Shown here piece by piece: positions 1 through 11,700 of a DNA stretch of 64,000 nt. Location: contig OZ286474.1 of assembly GCA_965644265.1 (NCBI GenBank), positions 15,810,001 through 15,874,000 on the forward strand. The letters are read 5' to 3'. Position 1 is the stretch's first letter; each line of letters begins with the position of its first letter. Below the pieces are notes generated by a model. It was not told the DNA's origin and did no database searches. It saw only the letters and a list, made by a program, of their open reading frames with translations. The stretch comes from Glycera tridactyla. Taxonomy: Eukaryota. Both the position numbers and the translations under genes were made by a program.

Positions 1-1090
1 CTGAGACTGAATTGCCATCAGGCAGCATGTGTATGATTTAAGTTTTCACGGACTTGATTGTTTACTACAGTAACATGCATGCATCTATTGATTTGTGATT
101 TTTTGTTTGCCGTGTGCTCCTGACCTTGGTTTTTCAGTCTTTAGTTCATGCATTTCTCAGTCATTCCACATCCTTCGTAATCTTCCAATATTCAAGTTGT
201 ACCCAATTTAAAAATGAGACCAGGGAAAGTCAATCTGGAACTTGGGGTAGGAAGTGCCACAAAATTCTCATTTCAGAGGGAGTGAATTGAAGAGTGTTGC
301 AGCTAGGAGGGGGAAGTGGGCCAATTGACACACATTTGCTATCTTCGGCCCTTTCTCAAGATGATGGTGGGTTGAATCCCCCATATTATCTGAGATTATT
401 ACTACGGTTTCCATTATATTGGCCCCCCAAAAAGTTGACATGGGCCCAAACTTGTTAATCAAAAGGGCCAATTGGCCCCTAATTTGGAATTTATAGATGG
501 ATCTCTGATATTTTTACCTCTGGTTCGAGATTTTGGAATTCAGAGGGAGTGGGCAAAAAATTGGAATTTAAGCCTTATTCTAACTCTAAGGCTGAGAGAT
601 CGCCTTCTTTCACACCATCATTTTTGGAGAAATACCTTTTTGATTTGACTCATCCATGGTAGAATACTTGACAGGCAGTGAATATGCCTGTGATGGAAGG
701 AATGAAATCACTTTGATTACCAGAACATTCATTCACAATCAGGGCCTGACAATCAGACTCACATTTCTTATGCCACATGGGGTGAACATCAAGGGGCATT
801 ATCTTCTTTCAAATCAACCCTGGTGTGCGTGCATGGGTGCTCACAAAGTTCCTTGATAAACAATAAAAAGAGTGAAGTTGTGTATTGCTGCAAATCTGTT
901 GAATGAAGTTCCTATTTCCCACTCATTCGGGCATGCAGTGTGTATTTCTTCTGGTCCACAAGCCAGCAAAAGCCCATGGAATTTCTACCTGATAAGATGT
1001 GCAGAATCTAATCTAGGCTTTCATATGCAGTATGGAGATTGACAATCACAGTCTTTGTTTTTCTCATCAATCTTATATGTTACATCACCG

Positions 1091-1162
1091 ATTTGATATT
1101 CATTTAGAGTTGCGTTTGTTTAAGGTGATTTGATATTCATTTAGAGTTGCATTTGTTTAAGG
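1091..1162. repeat. 37-bp tandem duplication
   Basis: atttgatattcatttagagttgc.tttgtttaagg occurs twice, at 1091 and 1128. Confidence 0.9.
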
Positions 1163-1334
1163 CAAGGGGCGATTTGAGGAATTTGCCTATTTGTTATATC
1201 ATTTGAATTTTCCACAAACCTGTCAGATGCATGTAATAATTGATTTGATCACCATCTGTTAGTACCAGCCCATCAGTGAGAAGGGTTAAATGATATTCTT
1301 TCAAGTTCATATTCTGGACATGTGTGTCATGGAA

Positions 1335-1544
1335 CAGGGTTGCATCCAGGGGGATTTCACACATTTTGTTGAGGATTGGTCCCTTTTCATAACAATCACG
1401 GGCCAAATGCCTCCAGAAATTCCGAGAGAGTTGCCCTTACTCCATATTGAGTGCACTAATTTCCAAGCATTTTGTGTAGAAATGCCCCCTTTTCTCGTTA
1501 TGAGGCATATGCCCCCAATTCCAAAAATCCTGGATGCAACCCAG
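1335..1544. mobile_element. hAT-like MITE, TIR CAGGGTTGCATCC family, 6-bp TSD atggaa
   Basis: TIR cagggttgcatccagg / cctggatgcaacccag; atggaa at 1329-1334 and 1545-1550. Confidence 0.8.
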
Positions 1545-1876
1545 ATGGAATGAAATAAATTGTTTCAAGACAAATTTCATTGAATAAAAATTTAGTGTTT
1601 GAACAACTTCCAAAATTTGATAATCACGTCTCACCTTCAACTTCATTTGTGAATCATTCGTAGCTGCCATTTAGTCAAGAGAATTAACTCAGCCCAAAAT
1701 GTGTTACCTCAGTTTTTATCAGAAATCTTGTCTTATCTTTAAGTACTTCCAGAGAAAGAGGATGAAATCCAGTAATACATGCTCATTTGGCAGGTTTGAG
1801 TCTGAACCCTTGTTAAGAATGTGTTCGTTTTCAAACCCAGTTTGACTTGCATGCACCCACCTATTTCCTTCCCCAG

Positions 1877-2638
1877 GTTTGGCAATCTGCCGCTCAAGAG
1901 AAGGAAGGGGCTCAGTCCGACTTGCATGATCGCATGAAGGAGATGGAACAGAAGTCGCAGGAGCAACGCGAATCGCTTCAGGCGAAAATCAACGAACTCG
2001 AAAAAGAGGCCCTTGAGAAGGATAATGCTGCGCAGGACCTTGTCCAGAAGGTCTCAAATCTGGAATTGACTCTGAATTCTAAAGAAGAAGTGATCGTAGC
2101 TTTTGAGCAACGTTTGGAAGAATTCGGCAAGCACATCGAGGTGCAGACCGCGGAATACCAAACTCGTCATCAGGAAATTGAAACTTTACTTCGAGAAAAG
2201 GAGTCGAAATTAGAAGAGCAGCAGAATCAGTTACGAGAAAAAGACAGCAATCTCGAAAAGTTAACAGCTGACATCACAGAAAAAGACAATGAACTGTCAG
2301 ATATCGGTAAAAAGTTCGCTGCTCTGAAGGAAGAAGCTAAAAATCGTATCAAGGAAATGAAAACTAAGCTCGATGAAAGTACAAAGGAAATAGAGGAAAA
2401 AGAAAAGCAACTTACCGATAGTCTAGGTGGCAAAGATCTTGAGTTTGAAAAACTCATGAAGGAGCAGAAAGACAAGTATGAAAGTCAGATCACTCAGTTG
2501 ACGGAAACACTTGAGAACATAAAATTGGACTACCAGGCTGAGATTAAGGTTTTGAATGACCGCCTTGAGAAGGAGGATGAAAATATGAAAGTATTCAAGG
2601 AAAATGTTAAGAAACAGTTTGAAGAACGGCAAAATCAG
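1877..2638 (+). CDS. GOLGA4: GOLGA4 coding exon (254 codons, phase 0-0)
   Basis: Acceptor tttccttccccag|GTT; donor CAG|gtgagt; VWQSAAQEKE...KQFEERQNQ coiled coil. Confidence 0.92.
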
Positions 2639-2683
2639 GTGAGTAATGTGCGTGCGTGTGTGTGTGGGTGGGTGGGTGCGTGC

Positions 2684-2739
<56 letters not shown>

Positions 2740-5700
2740 CAGAGAGCTTGTCAAGATGTTGCTGCATTTTCCGCGAACTAACACGAACACTCGCGAAAGT
2801 TGCATGATCAGCGTAGTTGTAGTTTCTCGGTTGGAGTGCAATTTCTGGATTTTGTAGTAGTGTTTGCCCCTGTTCAGTACTAACATGAGTTTTGTTAAGT
2901 TGAAAAACGAACATTAATCCCATGACAAAAATCCCAGAAAGGACACCAAGAAAGTTCCTGGTACTCACGGTTGATTTAGAAAACAAGTAGCTTTCAGTGA
3001 TCTATCCCTATTCTCTCATCGGCTCATGGCAAATGCAATGTTATGTCATCATGTGATCCGGTAGTTTGGGAGCAATCACGTGTGTGAGTCTGTGTTGTGT
3101 GTCACGCACTACGGACATATTGCCGAGACTTCTTTACAATGTAGATTTTGTAAATCGCTACCCTCTGTCAGGAACACAGGTCTTTTTTCCATGCCCTATG
3201 CATGGGCATCACAGTATATCAGTTTGATCGCTGATGATATGTTAAACCTGAACCAATCCACAACCATGCCAATAAATCAGTTGATTCAAGATGAAAATGC
3301 CATCTTTCAAACAACTAGTTTTGAGAGTGTCAACTTTGTAGTTATGGAAGAATTAGCGGACAATGATTACAGCAGTGGTGCCCATTTTCTGAAAATTTTC
3401 GAAAATCTGGAGATTGGATGAAAAATATTGATTTCAGAAATTACTAAAATCTGGTTAGGCGTTTTGATGATATGTGGGGGTGGTTTCAGAAAATGTTTCC
3501 TTATTTCCGAGAATTTAGCTTCATCTCATTGACATCACTGTTACAGGGAATGCAAAATTTCACATTTGATCGATTGTAGTGGTGTTTTCCAATGCACGAT
3601 GGCATTCCATGTGGATATACTGGGCTCTATCCGAAGGCCTTTCCTACTAGCTCAAACAAGCAGATTTCCCGTTAGTCACCTCAATTTTCTGAAATTTTAA
3701 GGGTTCTGAAGAATGGGCAAGAAATTGACTTTGAGAAATTGTTACAATCTGGCTGAAAGTTTTACGATAGGTTCTTCTGCAGCGTTGCATCCAGAGGGGG
3801 GCATGGGGGCATTTCACACATTTTTTCACAGTGGGCCCCTTTTCAAGGATATCAGGAGCCACAATGCTCCCTAAATCCACCTGGAGGCTGCACATATTGA
3901 AATTAAGTGAACCCATTTTGGGACATTTTGTGAAGGAATATCCCCCCTTTTCTTGAATTCAAGGGGGCAAATGCCCCCAATTTCTGAAATCCTGGATGCA
4001 ACCTTGACTTCTGAGAATATGTTGGGGGTAGTTTCAGGAGAATATAAGAGTATTGCTTGCCAGCATAGACATCACTGCTGCTATGGCAGGTGGAATAAAT
4101 CCCTTCGCCTTCTTGATGGGCGGGTCCATGATCATGATAGCATGAGAGCAGGTGAAAAATTTATCTCGCCTGCTTAAAGGGCAGCTCAAGTGAAAAATAA
4201 TCTAGAGTGCGACCCTATGTTAGGGTTGATACATGCCATTAAACCTTAAACAAACAAACAAACAAGCTGCTATATTCCAGCTTCAAATCCCGTTTCTTTT
4301 TGTACGAGAAGAAATATAAATGAGTGTTACGTGTTTTTTGATGGGAGGACTGGTTGATTGATTGAGTGGTATTCAACATCCCTTCGACACAGGCAGGATT
4401 ATATGAGACTGAAGGAATGAATCAATTTTCAAACCCATTCATTCAGTCGCATACCGTATTCTCCCTAATCAGCGCTCGCCCTCATTAGCTGCCCGCCCCC
4501 CCCCCCCCCCCAAGGAAGATAGAAGTTGCCTGACAGGCTTTGACAGCCCCAGACCTTTGAATTTCCTGCTCTTTCTGAGCCAGCAAGGAGGCCAGATCCA
4601 ACATGGCCGTGCACATGAATGAAGCTTCTGCTCTATATTTTCGCTGTTTTTGGCAAATATTGGATGGATTCTCGATATTTATGCATGGATACCACCCTAT
4701 CTGCTGCAGAGAAATTCATTTATATGACCATTTTCTTTTGGTAGCTATACAACTTAGGATACACCATAAGTTGGGGACCGAAACCCCAGCGTTTGTTCGC
4801 CAAAATGCCCGATTATCGCCCATCTGCAATTTTTCACATCTCGAACGAATGACTGACCCCCTTTCTCAATTAGCAAGTGCCCCAGGGCGCTAATTAGGGA
4901 GAATTAGGTATATTCCTGCACTTTGAGGGATATATGTAACATACAATACCATGTGTATGCTTGGGGTGTTGTATCCATTTGTCATATGCGAATGATTTAT
5001 TTGCCCCCTTAGCCACACCAGACCTAAACTCAATTTCACTCATCAAGGTAGTCTTACAAAAACTTGGTTGTGGGTGTATAATAGCTGTGATTTTGTGTGA
5101 AAGTGTAGCAACTGTACTCAGCTTCAAGAGTGTGGGCTAACCGATCAGTTGCAATACTTTTTCATCAATTCTATTTGTAGACGAAAGAGATGGTGGGGAA
5201 ACTAAAGGAGCGATTACAGCAAAGTGTTGCCGACAAGGAAGAAATATTCGAACGGAAAGCAGAAAAAATGAAGAAACAATGTGATAAAGGTGATTACTTT
5301 TCTGTTTATCTACAATTATAAGTTGTTCATATGTTTTTTGTATTTCATAGCGAAGTATATTCTCCGTCGAAAACCACTGTAGGCAGTGATGAAAGTCTTC
5401 CGGATATTTCCAGAATTCCAGAAATGACCTAATGATATCTATGTTCTCCAGAAATGAGGAGTGGCTCACTTGTTGTGTAAGAGTCAGTCTGTTTATGTTG
5501 GTGGGAGGCAAGAAGAGCTGATCTTGCCCCCCTCCCCCCCAAAATTTTTATGTTAGATGGTATGTGAATACCACCTGCAACTAACCATCCCTGGAAAGCT
5601 TCTGTCTTGGAGGTCAAACAGATATTTGAAGTAATGGCGGAATGATTTCCAGAGTTTTTCATAGGTGTAACTTTTATTTAGTCCATAATCATATAAAAAA

Positions 5701-8700
5701 GGGCAGGTGGAAATGTAGTGAAGGGTAGATCAAGTGAAAAGTTGATCGACCTTGCAACATATATTCCTGTTTCCTCTCGTGTCATGTTTTCTTATTTTCT
5801 GTTAGTCTTCAAAATATATTATTCCAGGAAAGAGATAATAATAGCAGTATCTGCATGATATTATCACTGTCACAAACACACCTGGAGTAAAAGTTCGTGA
5901 ATCCTTCAATATGGGTTTATGAGCTTTTCAGGAAATTTGTTCATGGGCCACTTTCATCACTGGTAGAATGAAATTGTTGTTCCATATGCAGTGTGACAGT
6001 GTGTGTGACTGGTGGAGTAGGGGTAAGGAGTACTGGAAGTTTGCTGCTGGCGGCGGGTGCCTTACTCAGAGGTCATGGGTTCATACCCCTATGAGACCCC
6101 AAAATTGGACATGTTATTTGACTCATTTCATGGAGCTATTGCCCGTGCATTTGACTCATTTCATGGACCTATTGCCCATGCATTTGACTCATTTCATTGA
6201 CCTATTGCCCATGCATTTGACTCATTTCATGGACCTATTGGCCATGCATTTGACACATTTCATGGACCTATTGCCCATGCATTTGACTCATTTCATGGAC
6301 TTATTGGCCGTGCATTTAACACATTTCATGGACCGATTGGCCATGCATTTGACACATTTCAAGGACCTATTGCCCGTGCATCATGTCACTGACATGAAAT
6401 TGATTTTTAAAAAGTGTGTACACATAATTGAATGTGCCTTTTGGCAGATCATGTATGGATGCATGTGCTCTTCTCAAATGCAGGTGCCTTAGATGTGCCA
6501 CTCAATTTTTTGTTGTGATGACCTAGGTGCTTACTGGCTTCTGGTTACTCAGTTATGCCACTTCATTTATATGATACTACGTAGGAACAGGTGTGTTTGA
6601 ACTTATAGCTACATCGACAATTTCTCTGGTTCCCTTCCATCTTGTGTTTTGGGTTTGCAAGGGTGATGCCTGCAGGGGCAGAGCATGCAGCTCTTATAAA
6701 TCAGGAACACACAGCATACATAATCCTTAGGCTTGATACATGCAGCTAAACTCTAAACCAATCAATCAATCATCGGCTAATGTATTCAATTTTCTCAGTT
6801 GATTTTAGCTTGTTTTGACTCAGGCTTTGATAAGATGCCGCTGTTTTTGTCTTCAGAATATGGAATTTGGTGAGATAATTTGTCAGCACCGCTATCAGGC
6901 TTGAGTGTCAGCCTCAAGCCAGTTAGATATGCATAGTTAGATATGCCATCTTTAGGTTCAACATGTGTATGTTAGATAGGTAGAGGTGTGTCTGAACTGT
7001 CAGCTACTTCCACTTGATAGCCTTTCAGATTCCCCTTCATCTTGTGTTCAGTGTCTGTTCACGTGATGTCTGCAGGGGAGAGAATATCTAGCTTTCATTG
7101 ACTAGGAACATGCAGCATACATAATCCTCTGGATTGATGCCATTGTTTTGATGTAATGAGGGACAATTATCATGTCTACGTAGAAATCTTTGTGATCAGA
7201 CCCGCTTATGAACGTAACACGTCTTACTCATCATTTTTCAGATAATGAAAAGGTGAAGAAGGAAGCTGAATTATCCATTGTGAAGGTCAAGACTGACTTG
7301 TTGAAGCAGATCGGGGATGTCAAAGCAGAGCACGATGAAGATTCGAAAAAATGGAACGAGGAGAAGCTGGAATTCCAGGCCGAGATTGAGGCATTGAAAG
7401 TTCGAACGAAAGAAGTGACTGCGCAGCTGACATCTGAAAAAGAGGCCATCGTCCGTCAGTGTGAGAAGTCCATTGACGATGTGAAGGAGCTGAGGGAGAA
7501 GTGTGAACAGCTAGTCGTAGAAAACGAGCGGTTACAAAGTGCGAACGATGACTTGATCAAACAGATCGATAATCTGCAGTCTATGAACAAAGAGCTGTCG
7601 CAGCAAGTTGAGGCGAGTGTCGAAGAACTTAGTTCGGTGAAGGAAAAATATGAGACAGAATTGCAGGAGAAGACATCCTCAGAAAAACTTCTGATCAGTC
7701 AAGTTGAAGAGCTGCAGAAAACAAACACTGAACTCTGTGATAATGCGTCCTCTGTTAGTACTGCATTAGAAAAATTGCAAGAGAATATGCAGAGCAACTC
7801 TGATGCATCAACTAAGCTCAAAGAACAGTTTGATGACAGACTTGCAGAGTTGAAGACGGAGCATGAAAATCTGGCACAGGCCAAGGAGAAGGAATTTGAC
7901 GCCAAACTTAAAGAAGTGCAAAATCAGTATGAGGCGCAGGTCGCAGAGATGAAAGAGCAGCACGATTCCCAACTTAAGGAGCATTTACAAGAGTTGCAGG
8001 CCAACTCAGAACAATTGCAAGAGCAGCGTGATTGTGTTGAGACAAAGCAGTCGGAATTGAAAGAACTTCAGATCAAATTTCAGCAGTTGCGAGAGAAAGC
8101 CACCACGAAAATACAAGATACTAACAAAAAACTTGAAGAGAAGGAACGTGATAGTCTCAAGTTGCAGCAGGAAAATGAGTCAAAGGAACAGGAGTTGACT
8201 GAGGTCAAAGCGGAACTGAACAAATGCAAAGAGGAGATGGCCACGCTCAAAGAGGAAATGGATAAAAAACAGGAGGAAATAGTTGTTGTTAAAGAGAAAA
8301 TTGTAGGAGAATTAAGATCAAGTAAAGAAGCATATGAAGAGCAGTTAGGTGAAATAGCAAAGAATGATGGTGTGTTGAAAAAGAGAGTTGAAGAATTGAC
8401 GGAGAAGATGACCACCACCGAAGAACAGTTGTCAGAGTATGCGCAACAATACGAAAACACCGTCGGCGAATACGAGGCAAAATTGGTCACGCAAAAGTCA
8501 GCGCATGATCAACAGGTGGAGCTCTTGAAGCAGCAGATTTTGGACGCGGAAAAGCAGACAGCCATGAATTCCGAAGAGCTCGAGAATGAGCTGAAGGCCA
8601 AGTTGCAAGAGAAAGAAGCAATGCTATTGAGTCTCACCCAATCTCATTCTGAGCAACTGGCAGAACAAGAGAAGCAGTCTCAGACCAAATATCAAGAGTT

Positions 8701-11700
8701 GCGGCAGAAGTTTCTCGCAAAGCTTAAAGACATTCAGGGCCAGAATGAAACCAAATTGAAAGAGGCAACAGATTCCCTGTCTCAAGAGAAAGCAGAAAAG
8801 GACCGTTTGAATGTAGAAGTTAGCTCCTTGCGAGAAAGCTTACAAGAGAAGGAGACTGCATCCGAACAGTTGAATTCCACAAACTCCACACTCCAAGAAC
8901 AGTTTGAAAATGAGCGGACATCTTTGAATTCTGAAATTAGTGAACTGAAGCAGCAGTTAGAAGAAAGTGAAAAATGTAAAGTCAGGTTAAAAGAGTTGGA
9001 GTCGCAACTAGGCGATTTACAGTCACAGTTAACGATTAATCAAGAGAATCTACAAACTAGCAGTAGTAGATTAGCTGAACTAGAACAAGTGAAAGAAAAA
9101 CTTGAAAGTGAGTTACAAGAAAGGGATGAATCTGCCAATGCGAGCGTACAAAGACTCAGAGAGCAGGAGGAAACCTTGAAATCGAAAGATGCGGAATGTT
9201 TGGAACTGTGTGAAAAATTGACATTAGCTGAAAGTAGCCTGGTGCAGATAACGGAAAAACACACTCAAGCCTTAGAGTCGGAAAGAGTTAAGCTTGAAAC
9301 GGAGCATACTGCCAAATTGGATGAGATTACGAAGGAGGCCGCGGCGGAGTTGGATGTTGTTAAGAGTCAGCTGCAGGGGGATAGCTCCAGTGCCATAAAC
9401 CAAGTAACTGAGCAGGTAGGATTATTATTCTCCTCGTGAGGATTACATACATTATGCCACTAGGGCAGTTTTCCACGTGATGAAGGGATATGTAATATTA
9501 CAAGCAATACTCACCAGCCAGAGAGTATTAGCAGAACTACTTTTTTGACTGGTACCTGTGATCTTGCTCAGCAGTAATATAGTTGGAAGATGGGGTACCA
9601 GTGAAACTTGAAACAAGCATAGTGGAGACCTGCAAATGATAAAAAATGCAATTATCACCCACTATAAATTAGTGTAAACAATTCTAGGGTGGTTTTAAGA
9701 ACAAGAATTTCTTGGGTGGATGGTCTGAACCATGATAACAATCCCTTGTGTGTGATATCATGGCTCAGACCATCCAGGTTGGGTATTCTTGCTATGGTCA
9801 TTTCATGACCATCAGCTCCAATTCCTTCATTTCCTTACCAGTACAGATGAACCTGCTTGAGAGACCACTTCTTGCAAAAACCACCTGTATACAAAGGCCA
9901 CCGTTGGTGGGATGACCGACAGTATTTTACACCATAAACAGCTTCCCTACAAAGGCCACCTCTTCACAATGATTACTTCTTCATGTAGTGATGGAAGTTT
10001 TCAGATAATTATCCAAAATATGTTGGAATTGATATTCCACATCTTCAGATATGATGGAAATTCTGGACAGGAACTGATTTAAGATATTTTTCATGATGGT
10101 GACTTCATCCATGTTCATGTGATCGTACAATCTTTTCAAATTAGTCTCATGCCAGTCTTCAGGCTGGTAGAAGTCATGTTAGAATTAGTCCAGAAAAAAT
10201 ATTAAAATTTTGGCCAACAANNNNNNNNNNNNNNNNNNNNNNNNNNNNNNNNNNNNNNNNNNNNNNNNNNNNNNNNNNNNNNNNNNNNNNNNNNNNNNNN
10301 NNNNNNNNNNNNNNNNNNNNNNNNNNNNNNNNNNNNNNNNNNNNNNNNNNNNNNNNNNNNNNNNNNNNNNNNNNNNNNNNNNNNNNNNNNNNNNNNNNNN
10401 NNNNNGTTTTCTGCCTTTTTGCAATAATAAGTTGTGTTGGGAGACATCTGAAGAGAGACCCAGTCTTGGATTTGTCATATTTATTTTGAATATTTGTGCA
10501 GGTATCAGTTTTGGAAAAGGAGCGGGATGAGTTAGCAGCAGAGAAAAGTGCCTTATCCAAGGAGAGAGATGAGCTCGCTAGTCGTATCGGCCAGCTCTCC
10601 GACGAGATCGAGGCCTTACGGAAGGAGTCAACGGAAACGAAGCCATGGCCAGAGACGGAGAAGAAAGAGATGGTGCAGGTGGAGGAGGTGATGACCCTCC
10701 AGCAAGCGCCCCTCACGTCCGCTAGCCCTCGCGAGGAAGAGGTCATTCAGCAGTCGAGTTCCAAACAGTTAGGAGCCCCTCCCGCTGCTGACAACAAAGT
10801 CAAGGTGAGATAATCAAATAAAATGAGGAATAAAATGAATTGCTAGAAAGAAATCATGTAGGCATTGCACAGGAATGTGATTTTTCTGCAGACCAATGAA
10901 CTTCAATAACCGAAATATGTGCTGGTTCCTAATGCTAGTGAGAACTATCCTCAGGTCAGACATCTGCAGGGGATGGTGGCACTGCCAGCAAAGAACTGTC
11001 TTTAATGCAGCAGTAATCTTCTGAACAATCATTCACTAAGTTCATAGTCTATGTTTTATGTCTCGTGTTCTACAATTGTATTCAAAATGTTCTGGAAGAA
11101 AATATTTCAAATGTGTGTTTGAACAATGGAAGCGATCTTCTTGCCGGCCACTTGCAAGCTTCTGGCGGGTTAAATACCTAGATATGCTTTCAATGGGTTT
11201 ATTCAGATTGATGTGAGGTGTGTATAGGTGTGGCTGAACTGTCAGCTACTTCCACACTTCCACAACCCTCCCATTCCTATCATCGTGTTTAAGGTTAATG
11301 AAAGTGATGCCTGCAGGGGACAGAGCATCCAGCTTTCGTAGATCAGTGATACACACCATAGACAATCATTTGGGTTAATACATGCTGCCTAACCCAGGAT
11401 GTGTTTGTTCCGGGTTTTTGATCACAGGTGCAGCAATCCACGCATATGGCAGAAAAGAGCATTTTATGCTGATTATTTTGGATTTTAGATCATGAAAATC
11501 TGACCAGTATTAGTGGAGATAAGGCACATAGTTTATATGCAGTCATAGTAGCCATTAGTTAGCAGCTGTGGAGGTTTCTTGGTCCACGAAATCTTGGTGA
11601 AAAGCACCTCCGGTCAAATTTTCAGGGTTTTTGGTTGTGAGCCGATCACATCCCTGCTAACCTTAAACCAAACCAAAAACCTGCCTGTGTTCACATATCT

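Noticed and set aside
4038-4089. Possible phase 0-1 exon ENIRVLLASIDITAAMA
   Set aside because: Weak acceptor and donor (gtggaa), not coiled-coil-like; exon 5181-5289 solves the phase problem much better.
6005-6095. tRNA gene
   Set aside because: A and B boxes are present but about 55 nt apart with no cloverleaf; a second divergent copy indicates a SINE head.
6116-6381. CRISPR-like periodicity
   Set aside because: Units are directly adjacent with no unique spacers; eukaryotic context and no cas genes.
5968-6492. 174-aa ORF with LTHFMDLLPMH repeats
   Set aside because: Fully explained by a 33-bp minisatellite inside a SINE; no splice or homology support as a gene.
2227-9264. Several Ser/Phe/Leu-rich - strand ORFs (e.g. 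2227..2475, 7699..7905, 8080..8490, 9040..9264)
   Set aside because: Antisense shadows of the E/K-rich GOLGA4 exons.
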